64,000 nt of DNA, from positions 27,341 through 91,340 of the forward strand of contig JAKOTZ010000017.1 of assembly GCA_029776995.1 (NCBI GenBank), in the 5' to 3' direction. Source of the stretch: Candidatus Hydrogenedentota bacterium. GTDB taxonomy: Bacteria; Hydrogenedentota; Hydrogenedentia; Hydrogenedentales; CAITNO01. Positions 1-9,360 of the stretch are shown here, in pieces (positions within the stretch are counted from its first letter, which is position 1; each line of letters begins with the position of its first letter). Both the position numbers and the translations under genes were made by a program. The notes under the pieces were generated by a model that saw nothing but the letters and a program-made list of their open reading frames with translations, made no database searches and was not told the origin of the DNA.

Positions 1-515
1 TCCGGACGGAGCCAGGGGATCTCGCCGGCCTTGCGGATCCTGGCCAATTCGATCAGCAGGCTGTGGCTGAACTGAATTGGAGCCGGCATATATTCCGGCG
101 TTTCATCCGTAGCGTAGCCGAACATCATGCCCTGGTCGCCCGCGCCCTGTTCCTTAAACAGTCCTTCCCCTTCGTTGACGCCCTGGGCAATATCCGGAGA
201 CTGCTCGTGGATCCGGTTAATATAGGTAAACGTCCGGTCGCAGAACCCGATATCATCCCGGGTATACCCGATTTCCCGCACCACCTGCCGCGCGACGGCT
301 TCAGGATCAATGCCGCCCCAGCCCGAGCAGGTGATCTCACCCGCGTTGACCACGAAATCGGTGGCGACCAAGGTTTCGCATCCCACGTGACTGGACGGGT
401 CCACCGCCAGGCACGCGTCCAGAATGGCGTCTGATATCTGGTCGCAGATCTTGTCGGGATGCCCTTCTGAAACCGATTCGGAAGTAAAAACATGATCCGT
501 CAGGAGTTTGCTCAT
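1..515 (-). CDS. metK: S-adenosylmethionine synthetase, N-terminal part. The gene runs off the window start.
   Basis: Reverse-strand translation from the ATG at 515-513 gives [36 protein letters not shown]...[21 protein letters not shown], the canonical MetK N-terminus. The frame stays open to position 1. It is absent from the ORF track because it has no stop in the window. Confidence 0.9.
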   Translation of the reverse strand, partial: MSKLLTDHVFTSESVSEGHPDKICDQISDAILDACLAVDPSSHVGCETLVATDFVVNAGEITCSGWGGIDPEAVARQVVREIGYTRDDIGFCDRTFTYINRIHEQSPDIAQGVNEGEGLFKEQGAGDQGMMFGYATDETPEYMPAPIQFSHSLLIELARIRKAGEIPWLRP

Positions 516-667
516 GGGAATATCCTGCCTCCGCCCGCGGCGGAATTAACAAACTGTGTTTACTCTTTTGCGTTATAATAGCCCAATACCGGCGCGGGCT
601 GCAAAAACGGGTACGCGGCGCGCCATAAATGTATGCGGGCTTTGGGTCCCAACGGAAGGAGCAACCG

Positions 668-1915
668 ATGAACCGGTTCCATTTCTGGGGCAGTGTCATA
701 CTGGCAGCCTTAACCGCGCTGCTGTGCGGAGGAACTTCAGCGGCCCAGGATACCGCGACGGCCATAGGCCTGAATCTGCCGGAAAAAGCGCCGGAAAGTT
801 CCCCCGCCGAACAGGTCAGCGCGATCATGCAGGGCATGGCAGACCTCAAATCGCTCAGCTTTGAGTTATTGCTGAAATCCAAACTCACCAGGGGAGACCA
901 GATCCGGGAAACTGCCATTAACGGATCCGCGCGACTGAAAGGCCAGGACAAACTGCGGCTAGAACTGAGATCCGGAAATGAGGAGGTCTGGCTGATTTCA
1001 GACGGTAAAGTGCAGTGGGTCTATATGCCGCCCGCCAAACGATACCTTAAACTTGGGGAAGTATTGCCCCGTGCTGAATTCATGTGCAAGGCGCCCGGCG
1101 GGCCGTTTGAAGCGTTAACCACCTGGCTAGCAGATTTCCTGCACGGAAACCTGGTCATGCTGAACCAGGCGAAAGAAATCCGCCGGCTCCCGGACGAGCC
1201 GGTTGGATCGGAAATGTGCCTGGTCTACGAATTTATATACGACCGGTTTACCCTGCGCGCCCTGTTTACCCGCCAGAACCCTCCAATCCCCCGGCTCCTC
1301 GAGGCGGATATGAGCGCCGACCTACAGGACAGCACGCACGCGGGATTAAACCTGCGCCTCACCGCTGCAACGGAGATTACGGGATGGCAGCCCAATGTGG
1401 ATATTGCTGATGACCTGTTCAGTTTTACCCCTCCGCCCGACGCCCGGGAGGAAGGGGCCACCAAAATAAAGGTGGGTGCGGAAGCCCCCGACTTTTCCCT
1501 GCCCAATGCAAGCGGGCAAACCGTCCGGCTGGCGGATTTTAAAGGGAAGAAATCGGTGGTGCTGGATTTTTGGGCCTCCTGGTGCGGACCGTGCCGCATG
1601 GCCATGCCGAAAGTCAACGCCGTGGCCAATGCCCTGAAGGACGAACCCGTCGCATTCTACGCGGTAAATCTCCAGGAAACCGAAGACATCGCAAAGCGGT
1701 TCATCGAGAAAAACGCCATCACCCTCCCCGTGCTGTATGACCGTGACGGTACCGTTGCCCGGAATTACGGGGTTGAAGGCATTCCGTTTCTCGTGGTGAT
1801 TGATGCCAACGGCAAGGTGGCCTGGATTCACAACGGGTACTCCGAGGACCTGGAAAAAACCCTGACCCAGGCCGTCCGAAAGGCAATAGGCCAACAGGAA
1901 CAGATAAAAAAATGA
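668..1915 (+). CDS. Secreted fusion protein: a LolA-like (outer-membrane lipoprotein carrier-like) domain followed by a TlpA/ResA-type thioredoxin.
   Basis: An AGGAG Shine-Dalgarno motif precedes the ATG at 668. The product has a signal peptide (MNRFHFWGSVILAALTALLCGG). The middle resembles the LolA/RseB fold (LKGQDKLRLELRSGNEEVWLISDGKVQWVY). The C-terminus has a WCGPC thioredoxin motif (VLDFWASWCGPCRMAMP). Confidence 0.7.
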   Translation: MNRFHFWGSVILAALTALLCGGTSAAQDTATAIGLNLPEKAPESSPAEQVSAIMQGMADLKSLSFELLLKSKLTRGDQIRETAINGSARLKGQDKLRLELRSGNEEVWLISDGKVQWVYMPPAKRYLKLGEVLPRAEFMCKAPGGPFEALTTWLADFLHGNLVMLNQAKEIRRLPDEPVGSEMCLVYEFIYDRFTLRALFTRQNPPIPRLLEADMSADLQDSTHAGLNLRLTAATEITGWQPNVDIADDLFSFTPPPDAREEGATKIKVGAEAPDFSLPNASGQTVRLADFKGKKSVVLDFWASWCGPCRMAMPKVNAVANALKDEPVAFYAVNLQETEDIAKRFIEKNAITLPVLYDRDGTVARNYGVEGIPFLVVIDANGKVAWIHNGYSEDLEKTLTQAVRKAIGQQEQIKK

Positions 1916-1925
1916 CGGGACCGGC

Positions 1926-2801
1926 CTATTTCTGAAGAAAGAACGGCTGGGTCCACGCCTGGATGGCCGCCGGTCCGTGGCATTCCACCCGCAGGTAAGT
2001 AAATTTTTCCCAGAACATATCGGGGACACTGAAATCCAGCACGGTGTCCGCCACGCGCGCAACGATCCTTCCGTAGTCGGCGATAATGTCGTAGCACTGG
2101 GCGTTTCGCGCCTCCACGATAATCCGTTTGCCCGAAACACGGATGGCGTCGATATAAACCCCCGTGCTGACGTAGAACCGTCCTGAACGCAGCGCATCTA
2201 CAATCCCCGAAACCGAGCGGTCCCGGGCGCAAACCATGTTCCATGCTTTTGCCTGGTCTATTTCCTTATGGGTATCGTCATTCCCGAACCCCCATACCCG
2301 CCGGCCGATTCCCAGAAGCCGGTCCCACCGGTCTGTGGCCAGCGCATTTCCCGGGTGACGTTCGCTGATTCCGTTATAGATTTCAATCCCGTGATAACCG
2401 TTGAGCCGTTCCAGCTGCCGCTGGGGCCAGTGATTGAACTCCTTCTCCCAATTGGGGTGGCACAGAATAGCCAGACCGCCGTCGGCGGCGATCCGGTCAA
2501 TCACCCGCTGCCGGTTCTTCAGGGGTGGAACGCGGCGGCTGGCGTTCACGTGAAGAATGTGGCCGCCGCCATCCGTAATTTCATTCCCGGGGATCAGCAC
2601 CATGCCGCGGGAATCAAGCCCGTCGACTTCCGTCAGCGCGTCATGGTCGCTGAGCATCAAAAAGTCATAGCCCAGCCGGGCATACTCGGCCACCGTGTCC
2701 CAGGGGGGAAGATACCCGTCACTGCACATGGTGTGGGTATGCAGATTCCCGCGCAGCCAGGAACCTGAATGGTTTCCGTAGGGTGAAACCACGCGCCTCA
2801 T
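1926..2801 (-). CDS. PHP-domain (polymerase/histidinol-phosphatase family) metal-dependent phosphoesterase.
   Basis: A 291-aa ORF carrying the PHP His motif GNLHTHTMCSDG, plus HD and DH residues further downstream. Confidence 0.75.
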   Translation of the reverse strand: MRRVVSPYGNHSGSWLRGNLHTHTMCSDGYLPPWDTVAEYARLGYDFLMLSDHDALTEVDGLDSRGMVLIPGNEITDGGGHILHVNASRRVPPLKNRQRVIDRIAADGGLAILCHPNWEKEFNHWPQRQLERLNGYHGIEIYNGISERHPGNALATDRWDRLLGIGRRVWGFGNDDTHKEIDQAKAWNMVCARDRSVSGIVDALRSGRFYVSTGVYIDAIRVSGKRIIVEARNAQCYDIIADYGRIVARVADTVLDFSVPDMFWEKFTYLRVECHGPAAIQAWTQPFFLQK

Positions 2802-3028
2802 GATTTTTTTTCGTCACCCCACAGTTGCAGAAATTCCTCAGCCTCCGCGTCCTGCAGGAGTTCCGGGCGGTAAAGCTTGCGGACAACCGGATCCGGCACA
2901 CGGGTGGTTTCCCCGGTTTCCGGAATGTGGGTGAGCTGCCGCTGGACCGTTCCGGCGTCATCACATTCGTAATAGGTCCAGGCCTGGCCTTTTCCGGGAA
3001 CATACTGGGCGGTCTTGAAATATTTCAT
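2798..3028 (-). CDS. Hypothetical small protein (76 aa). Its stop overlaps the PHP gene start by 4 nt.
   Basis: ATG at 3028 (MKYFKTAQYV...) preceded by AGGAGG. The ATGA overlap with the downstream PHP gene suggests translational coupling. No recognisable domain. Confidence 0.45.
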   Translation of the reverse strand: MKYFKTAQYVPGKGQAWTYYECDDAGTVQRQLTHIPETGETTRVPDPVVRKLYRPELLQDAEAEEFLQLWGDEKKS

Positions 3029-3102
3029 GCGCGTCTTCCTCCTTTTATACGGCGCATCAGGCAGATCACCCGACGGTCCTGCCGACACCCTGCCTGTGCC
3101 GG

Positions 3103-4173
3103 TCAGCGGATTGCCAGCATGCGGTCGATCGGTTTGCGGGCCCGGCTGATTATGTCGGGATCCAGTTCCACCCGCGGCGTCAGTGTCTGCAGTGACCGCA
3201 ATGTATCTTCAACCGTAATGGTATTCATATGCTTGCAGCGCAACGAGCAGGAGCGTACCAGTTCCCTGTCCGGAAACTCCGCCGCCAGATTATCGCCCAT
3301 GGCACACTCGGTAAACAGGGCAAAGCGCTTTGCCGGATTTTGCCTCACGTAATCCACCATCAGTTTTGTGCTGCCGGCCACGTCAGCCCGTTCAATCACC
3401 TCGGGGCTGCATTCCGGGTGGGCCAGGATAATCGCGTCCGGGTACTGCCGGCGCACGTTCTCCACATCCTCCGGTGTAAACAGTTCATGCACTTCGCAGC
3501 GGGCCCTCCAGCCGATTACCATCGGCCCGCCGCCAGACGCGGGCGCCTCTTCTTCCCCGCCGGCCATCCAGAAGCGCAGCCCGAGCTGCCGGGCGGTATT
3601 TTCCGCCAGGTACCGGTCCGGAACGAAAATGATCCGGTCGTGTCCCGCATTCAGCAGATACCGTACTACCTTGTCCGCGTTGCCCGATGTGCAACAGTAA
3701 TCGGAAACCGCTTTCACCGACGCGTACGTGTTCACGTAAGACACCACCGGCGCGCCGGGAAACTGTTCTTTCAGCCGCAACACGTCATCAGCCGTAACGC
3801 CTTCGGCCAGCGAGCACCCGGCTTTGGTGGACGGCACCAGCACAATTTTGTCCGGGCTCAGGATTTTGGCGGTCTCCCCCATGAACCATACGCCGCAGAA
3901 CACAATCACATCCGCATCTGTTTCCGCGGCCACCGCTGACAGCTGCAGGGAATCTCCCGTATAATCCGGCACGCTGTGGTACAGGACCGGCTCCATATAA
4001 TTGTGGCCCAGGATTACCGCGTTGACGGTTTTCTTCAACCGCAGAATTTCCCATGCCAGGGGCGCCTTCAGTCGGACTTCCCCTTCAGGAACCACCCGGC
4101 TTAACCGGGCCACCAGCTCTTCCGTAAAAGCTTCCAAAGTCTCTATTTCCGATAGGGAAGCGGAGGATGACAT
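3103..4173 (-). CDS. nadA: Quinolinate synthase A.
   Basis: ILGHNYMEP, VVSYVNTYASVKA and AHPECSPEV motifs. The ORF-track start at 4194 is GTG. The ATG at 4173 (MSSSASLSEIE) is preferred. Confidence 0.9.
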   Translation of the reverse strand: MSSSASLSEIETLEAFTEELVARLSRVVPEGEVRLKAPLAWEILRLKKTVNAVILGHNYMEPVLYHSVPDYTGDSLQLSAVAAETDADVIVFCGVWFMGETAKILSPDKIVLVPSTKAGCSLAEGVTADDVLRLKEQFPGAPVVSYVNTYASVKAVSDYCCTSGNADKVVRYLLNAGHDRIIFVPDRYLAENTARQLGLRFWMAGGEEEAPASGGGPMVIGWRARCEVHELFTPEDVENVRRQYPDAIILAHPECSPEVIERADVAGSTKLMVDYVRQNPAKRFALFTECAMGDNLAAEFPDRELVRSCSLRCKHMNTITVEDTLRSLQTLTPRVELDPDIISRARKPIDRMLAIR

Positions 4174-4463
4174 CTCGGATATTCCTGAAAACACGCCGTC
4201 TGGCGTTTACAAATGGGCCTTACGCACCGAAAGTATAACACACGGGATTGTCCTGCCCAAACCCTGAAAGCCATTCCGGACGGCAGGACGGAAGCGCTTC
4301 TCCCAAGGTATATCACCGCATCGCAATACGCGGCTGCTCCTTTGTCGGGTCCCCGCTGCGCGCGGCGGGCATTTTAATATCCGTTGCGTTTATACTGGAG
4401 TTTGTGCTGAGCGCCGATTTCAGCATGAACCAACGGGCCTGCGTAAATTCAGGAGTAGCCTGC

Positions 4464-6335
4464 ATGAATACACATAAATATCTGATTTCTTTTCTGGCGG
4501 GGCTGGGAGTGCTTTGCTCCGCTCCATGCCTCGGATGGGCGCAGCCGGCGCCGGTCCGCACCATTCTGTACCAGCAGGGAACCGCCGGCTTCCATACCTG
4601 CCGGATTCCGGCGCTGGCCGTGACAAAAACGGGAATCCTGCTGGCCTTCTGTGAAGGCCGGAAACGCTCCAGCGGCGACTCCGGCGACATCGCCATCCTC
4701 CTGCGGCGGTCCGCGGACAACGGAAATACCTGGAGCGAACCGCAGGTCGTCTGGGACGACCCGGGCAACACCAGCGGCAACCCCTGCCCTGTCGTCGACC
4801 TCGACACCGGCGTTGTATGGCTGCTGATGACCTGGAACCGGGGCGACGACCAGGAACGCGGCATCATTGCGGGAAAAAGCAAAGACACCCGCCGGGTATT
4901 TGTCACTGCGTCCCGGGATGACGGCGTCTCCTGGGACGCCCCCCGGGAAATTACTGCAGACGTAAAGCGGGATGACTGGACCTGGTACGCCACCGGACCG
5001 GGAAACGGCATTCAACTGCAGCGCGGGCCCTATAAAGGCCGCCTTGTGGTTCCCTGCGACCACATCGAACGGGACACCAAGGCCTATTACTCCCATGTGA
5101 TTTACTCCGACGACCACGGACAGACCTGGAAACTCGGCGGCAGGTCCCCGGAACCCGGCGTTAACGAATGCGCCGTGGTGGAGCTTGCTGACGGGCGCCT
5201 GATGCTGAACATGCGGAACTATGTGCTGGACAATCGCGCGCGGCAGGTCGCTTTCAGCCTTGACGGCGGCCTGACCTGGCAGGATCAGGCTTTTCAGCCG
5301 GAACTGATTGAGCCGATCTGCCAGGCATCTTTGATCCGGGCGAGCTGGCCCCGGGAAAATGTGCCCGGCCTGCTGCTGTTCAGCAACCCTTACAGCCGCG
5401 AGCAGCGCGCCAATCTCACCGTTCAGGCCAGTTCGGATGAAGGAGCGACGTGGCAGGTCCTGAAAACCTTACACGAAGGCCCGGCCGCGTATTCTTCACT
5501 TGCGGTGCTCCCGACGGGAGGAGCGGCCTGCCTCTACGAAGCGGGGCAGAAACATCCCTATGAATCCATCGTGTTCGCCAGGTTCCCGATCGAATCCTCA
5601 GGACCCGGCCATACCGGTTTCCTGCCGCCCCTTCCGGAACATCGCCGCTGGCGACTGATCTGGCAGGATGAATTTGATGGAAACACGCTGAACCCGGATA
5701 AATGGGAGATTATTGGAGATTATTCCCGGCGGGACGGGTTCTGGCTGAAAGAAGACGCCTACCTTGACGGAAAAGGCACGCTCGTGCTGCGTACCCGCAA
5801 AGAGGGAGACCGGTACAGTTCCGGCGCCGTCCGCACCCTTGGGCATTTCGAACACGCTTTTGGATACTGGGAAGCGCGGTGCAAACTGCCGACCGAACCC
5901 GGACACTGGCCGGCGTTCTGGCTGATGCCCGCCGGAGGCATCGGCAACCTCCAGCAGGACGGCGAGGACGGAACGGAAATCGATATCATGGAAAAGCCGT
6001 GGCGCGATGACCGGGTCCAGCATACCCTGCACTGGAACGGTTACGGGGAACATCACAAGTCAGAGGGATACGTTTCTAAAATAAAAGGCGTTCAGGAAGG
6101 ATGGCATACTTTCGGCCTTTGGTGGACTCCGGAATATTACGCCTTCTACGTGGACGGTCAGGAAGTCTGGCGCACCTCGGCAGGCGGCGTGTGCCGCGTC
6201 CCCGTGTACATCAAATTGACCGAAGAAATCGGCAACTGGGCCGGTGATATCGCCCAGGCCAGCCTGCCGGATTATTTTTACGTGGACTACGTGCGGGTAT
6301 ACCAGGAAGAAGACGCCGAAAAAAGCGGGCCCTAA
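4464..6335 (+). CDS. Secreted bifunctional glycosidase: an N-terminal BNR/Asp-box exo-alpha-sialidase (family 33-like) fused to a C-terminal glycoside-hydrolase-family-16 beta-glycanase domain.
   Basis: AGGAG then ATG at 4464. Signal peptide [21 protein letters not shown]. An RIP motif ([10 protein letters not shown]). Five Asp-boxes ([40 protein letters not shown]). The C-terminal part carries the family-16 catalytic motif EIDIME and [11 protein letters not shown]. Confidence 0.75.
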   Translation: MNTHKYLISFLAGLGVLCSAPCLGWAQPAPVRTILYQQGTAGFHTCRIPALAVTKTGILLAFCEGRKRSSGDSGDIAILLRRSADNGNTWSEPQVVWDDPGNTSGNPCPVVDLDTGVVWLLMTWNRGDDQERGIIAGKSKDTRRVFVTASRDDGVSWDAPREITADVKRDDWTWYATGPGNGIQLQRGPYKGRLVVPCDHIERDTKAYYSHVIYSDDHGQTWKLGGRSPEPGVNECAVVELADGRLMLNMRNYVLDNRARQVAFSLDGGLTWQDQAFQPELIEPICQASLIRASWPRENVPGLLLFSNPYSREQRANLTVQASSDEGATWQVLKTLHEGPAAYSSLAVLPTGGAACLYEAGQKHPYESIVFARFPIESSGPGHTGFLPPLPEHRRWRLIWQDEFDGNTLNPDKWEIIGDYSRRDGFWLKEDAYLDGKGTLVLRTRKEGDRYSSGAVRTLGHFEHAFGYWEARCKLPTEPGHWPAFWLMPAGGIGNLQQDGEDGTEIDIMEKPWRDDRVQHTLHWNGYGEHHKSEGYVSKIKGVQEGWHTFGLWWTPEYYAFYVDGQEVWRTSAGGVCRVPVYIKLTEEIGNWAGDIAQASLPDYFYVDYVRVYQEEDAEKSGP

Positions 6336-6349
6336 CCAGAATCCGCGGT

Positions 6350-7354
6350 TTATGGAATGCCTTCTCCCGGGTACCGCACGCCCCAAAGCCGGCGGATGCG
6401 GTCAAGGGTCCGCATAATGGCCACACTCTCGTCCAGGGGCATGTCCGGATGTTCCAGTCTGCCGGCGCGCAGGCAGTCCATAACCGCTTCCGCCTCGTAA
6501 TGGTAGCCGTTGCCCGTGAGGGACAGATGCGCCTCATCCTCCACCCGGCCGTCCCGTTCCAGGGTAACGCGCTCACATCTCCAGAATGGCGCCTTGAGCC
6601 GGATCACGCCGGATTCACCAATCAGCACGGCTTCCTGGGGCGTTTCCGCGCGGATAGCGCAGGCCGCCTGTGCGATACCGCCGTCGGGAAAACGCAATAC
6701 CGCAGCCCCCCACTCATCCACCCCGGAAGGGCCCAGGACGGCACACCCTGCCACGTCCACGGGCTCCGCCCCAAACATCCAGCAGGCCAGGGAGACGGGA
6801 TAACACCCCACATCCAGCAGCGCACCGCCTCCCAGCGCGGGATCCAGCAGCTTCGGCTCATCCTCCGGATCCGCGCGAAAACCGAAATCAGCCTGCGCCA
6901 TCCGCAATGCTCCAATCCGTCCCGCCCGCAGCCAGTCCCGCGCCGTCCGCACCGCTGGCAGAAAACGGGTCCACATCGCCTCCATCAGAAACAGCTTCCG
7001 CTCCCGCGCTCGCCGGACCATCTGGTCAGCCTGGACAGCGTTCAGCGCGAAGGGTTTTTCACAGAGCACTGCCTTGCCGGCGTCCAGTCCCATCAGCGTG
7101 TGTTCCATGTGCAGCGCGTGCGGCGTGGCAATGTACAGGACATCCACGTCGGGGTCGGCCGCCAGTTCCGCGTAGGAACCGTACGCGCGCCGCGCGCCGA
7201 AGGTTTCAGCGAAACGCCGGGCCTTCTCCGCTGAACGGGATCCCACCGCCCACAGCACGGCCCCCCGCGCCTGGCGCAATCCCTCCGCGAAAGCCCGGGC
7301 TATGGCGCCCGTACCTACAATCCCCCAATGCACGGTTCGGCAAGCTTCACGCAT
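6350..7354 (-). CDS. Gfo/Idh/MocA-family NAD(P)-dependent oxidoreductase.
   Basis: N-terminal Rossmann motif WGIVGTGAIARAFAEGL, and EKPFALN typical of the family. The start could instead lie at 7366 (MIPGM). Confidence 0.8.
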   Translation of the reverse strand: MREACRTVHWGIVGTGAIARAFAEGLRQARGAVLWAVGSRSAEKARRFAETFGARRAYGSYAELAADPDVDVLYIATPHALHMEHTLMGLDAGKAVLCEKPFALNAVQADQMVRRARERKLFLMEAMWTRFLPAVRTARDWLRAGRIGALRMAQADFGFRADPEDEPKLLDPALGGGALLDVGCYPVSLACWMFGAEPVDVAGCAVLGPSGVDEWGAAVLRFPDGGIAQAACAIRAETPQEAVLIGESGVIRLKAPFWRCERVTLERDGRVEDEAHLSLTGNGYHYEAEAVMDCLRAGRLEHPDMPLDESVAIMRTLDRIRRLWGVRYPGEGIP

Positions 7355-7464
7355 GCCGGGTATCATAAAATGGAATATAAGTAGGTGGCAACTGGAATTC
7401 CGAACCCGCATGGGGGTATCGTGAATGGACAGAATATCAGAAGAAGATAATGGAGGGACGCGTC

Positions 7465-8313
7465 ATGACTGCAGCATATGTCGAGTACGCGTTTGAAGCG
7501 GGCGGCGGTACCCGTTTGTTCGCCCGCCGGTGGGAACTGGATCGTCCGGATGGCGCGGTAGTGCTGATCCACGGCTACGGCGATCACAGCGGAAGATACC
7601 AGGGTGTCGCGGACGCGCTGAACGCCGCGGGATGTTCAGTCTACGCGTATGACCAGCGGGGACACGGCCGTTCACCCGGAAAACGGGCTTACATCGCCCG
7701 GTTTGACGACCTGTTGGAAGATCTGGACGCGTTCCTGGCGTTTCACCGGGAACGGCTCGCCAGTATCCCCTGGTTTCTGATGGGACACAGCATGGGCGGT
7801 ATGGTCCTCGCCCGTTTCCTGCAGACCAGAACAGCAGGCGCACGGGGGGCTGTATTCAGCAGCCCGTTCCTGGGGCTGAACGACGATGTTCCGGAGTGGC
7901 TCAAAAAGGTCGCGCCCCTGCTCGGCGCGCTGCTGCCTATGGTTCCTGCCGGGCGGGTGGACAACAAGGGGCTCTCCCGTGATCCGGAAGCCGTACGCGC
8001 CGCCGATGAAGATCCGCTGGCCTATCACGGGTATGTCGCGGCCCGCACCGGCGCCGAGTTTATCGCCACCATCAGGCAGATCCAGGAAGCATACGGCCGC
8101 ATTACCATCCCGTTCCTGGCCCTGCACGGAAGCGCCGACCCCATCGTGCCGGTTTCCGGATCCCGGGAGCTGTACGAAAAAGCCGCTTCAGCCGATAAAA
8201 CCCTGCGGATTTTCGACGGTGGCTACCATGAGCTTTGGAATGACCTGGACAAAACGGTGTTCTTCCAGGAAGTGACCGACTGGATCAAACAGCGCATCGG
8301 AACCGGCGCATAA
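7465..8313 (+). CDS. Alpha/beta hydrolase, lysophospholipase/monoacylglycerol-lipase-like.
   Basis: GGAGGGA Shine-Dalgarno then ATG at 7465. HGYGDHSGRY, the nucleophile elbow GHSMGG, and a C-terminal HGSADPIV. Confidence 0.8.
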   Translation: MTAAYVEYAFEAGGGTRLFARRWELDRPDGAVVLIHGYGDHSGRYQGVADALNAAGCSVYAYDQRGHGRSPGKRAYIARFDDLLEDLDAFLAFHRERLASIPWFLMGHSMGGMVLARFLQTRTAGARGAVFSSPFLGLNDDVPEWLKKVAPLLGALLPMVPAGRVDNKGLSRDPEAVRAADEDPLAYHGYVAARTGAEFIATIRQIQEAYGRITIPFLALHGSADPIVPVSGSRELYEKAASADKTLRIFDGGYHELWNDLDKTVFFQEVTDWIKQRIGTGA

Positions 8314-8325
8314 GAGGAACTGAAA

Positions 8326-9360
8326 ATGAAAAAGATCTGGGGCAGCATTTCCGGCTGGACGTGGATTATCGGACTGTTGGCGTGCACAGCCCTTCCCGGT
8401 TTTGTGGATGCCGCGGATTCGGCTGCACCCGCCCCCGTTACGGCCGTGTTCCTTACGGACGGACAGGGGTGGATGGTCGATTTCGGGAAAGCGCTATCCG
8501 CGGCGCTCGCGGAAGAGAATATTACCCTGCGGGTTGCAGCGCCTGCCTTGCCGCTGCCGGAGTCTCAGTCCGAAAAACTCCGGGAGCTTAACGGAGAAGA
8601 CGTGAGTGTCCTGCTGGTATGGCCCGCCAACCCGGTGGAGCCGAAAAAAACTTTCGACGGCGCCACGCTCAGCAAACCCGTCATCCTCCTGGGCACGGAC
8701 GCGCCTGCATCCGGACGAAAGGCCGCGGTGACGATCGCCCCGGAAGCTTTGGGGCAAAAATTTGCTGAACTGATCCGCCAGTGCGTTCCGGACGGCCTGC
8801 TGATCGGAATGCTTGCCCGGAAACAGGACGCGGCGGGCATGGATACCCTTCGAAAAACGCTGGAGGAAGGATTAAAAGAGGGGGAAATCACCCTTCGCCA
8901 GATCGCGGAAGATGGCGGAGATCCAGGCGCCGCCCGGGAAAATGCCCGCGAACTGCTGGAAAAACACCCGGAACTGGCGGGATACGTGGGCATGGAGCCT
9001 TATCACCTGACGGCGCTCGCCGCGGCGGCAACGGATGCCAAACGGAACGGTTATGTTGGGCTGGTTGGCATGGGGTGGCCTGAAACCCTGGGAGAGCCGC
9101 TGGAAAAAGGGTTTATTAATGGAGTCGTATTTCCAAATCCACAGGAACTTGCGTCGGTGCTGGTTCCCATGATCCGGGCAGCCGCCTCCGGAGACGGTTC
9201 CTATGCCTGGCCCGAATCCGGCAAAGTGGCGATGCCGCTGGCCACCCGGTTTGTCCCCAAACCTTATGGCGTTACGGAGATGATTCATGGCTTACCGGGC
9301 AATTGGAATATTAAATTACCTGAGGGAAAACCTGAACCGTCCCCCGGAAAGTTCGACTGA
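8326..9360 (+). CDS. Secreted periplasmic-binding-protein-like protein, function unknown.
   Basis: Signal peptide MKKIWGSISGWTWIIGLLACTALPG. An alternating alpha/beta pattern reminiscent of type-I periplasmic binding proteins. No transporter partner genes are adjacent. Confidence 0.5.
   Translation: MKKIWGSISGWTWIIGLLACTALPGFVDAADSAAPAPVTAVFLTDGQGWMVDFGKALSAALAEENITLRVAAPALPLPESQSEKLRELNGEDVSVLLVWPANPVEPKKTFDGATLSKPVILLGTDAPASGRKAAVTIAPEALGQKFAELIRQCVPDGLLIGMLARKQDAAGMDTLRKTLEEGLKEGEITLRQIAEDGGDPGAARENARELLEKHPELAGYVGMEPYHLTALAAAATDAKRNGYVGLVGMGWPETLGEPLEKGFINGVVFPNPQELASVLVPMIRAAASGDGSYAWPESGKVAMPLATRFVPKPYGVTEMIHGLPGNWNIKLPEGKPEPSPGKFD

Noticed and set aside
516-667. A possible SAM riboswitch upstream of metK.
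   Set aside because: The metK leader, shared with the divergent promoter, is only about 80-100 nt. It shows a short hairpin plus GGAGG but none of the conserved SAM-I or SAM-II elements I could recognise.
4174-4194. The ORF-track start of nadA at 4194.
   Set aside because: That codon is GTG and adds a non-conserved MFSGISE peptide. The ATG at 4173 is in frame with the NadA homology.
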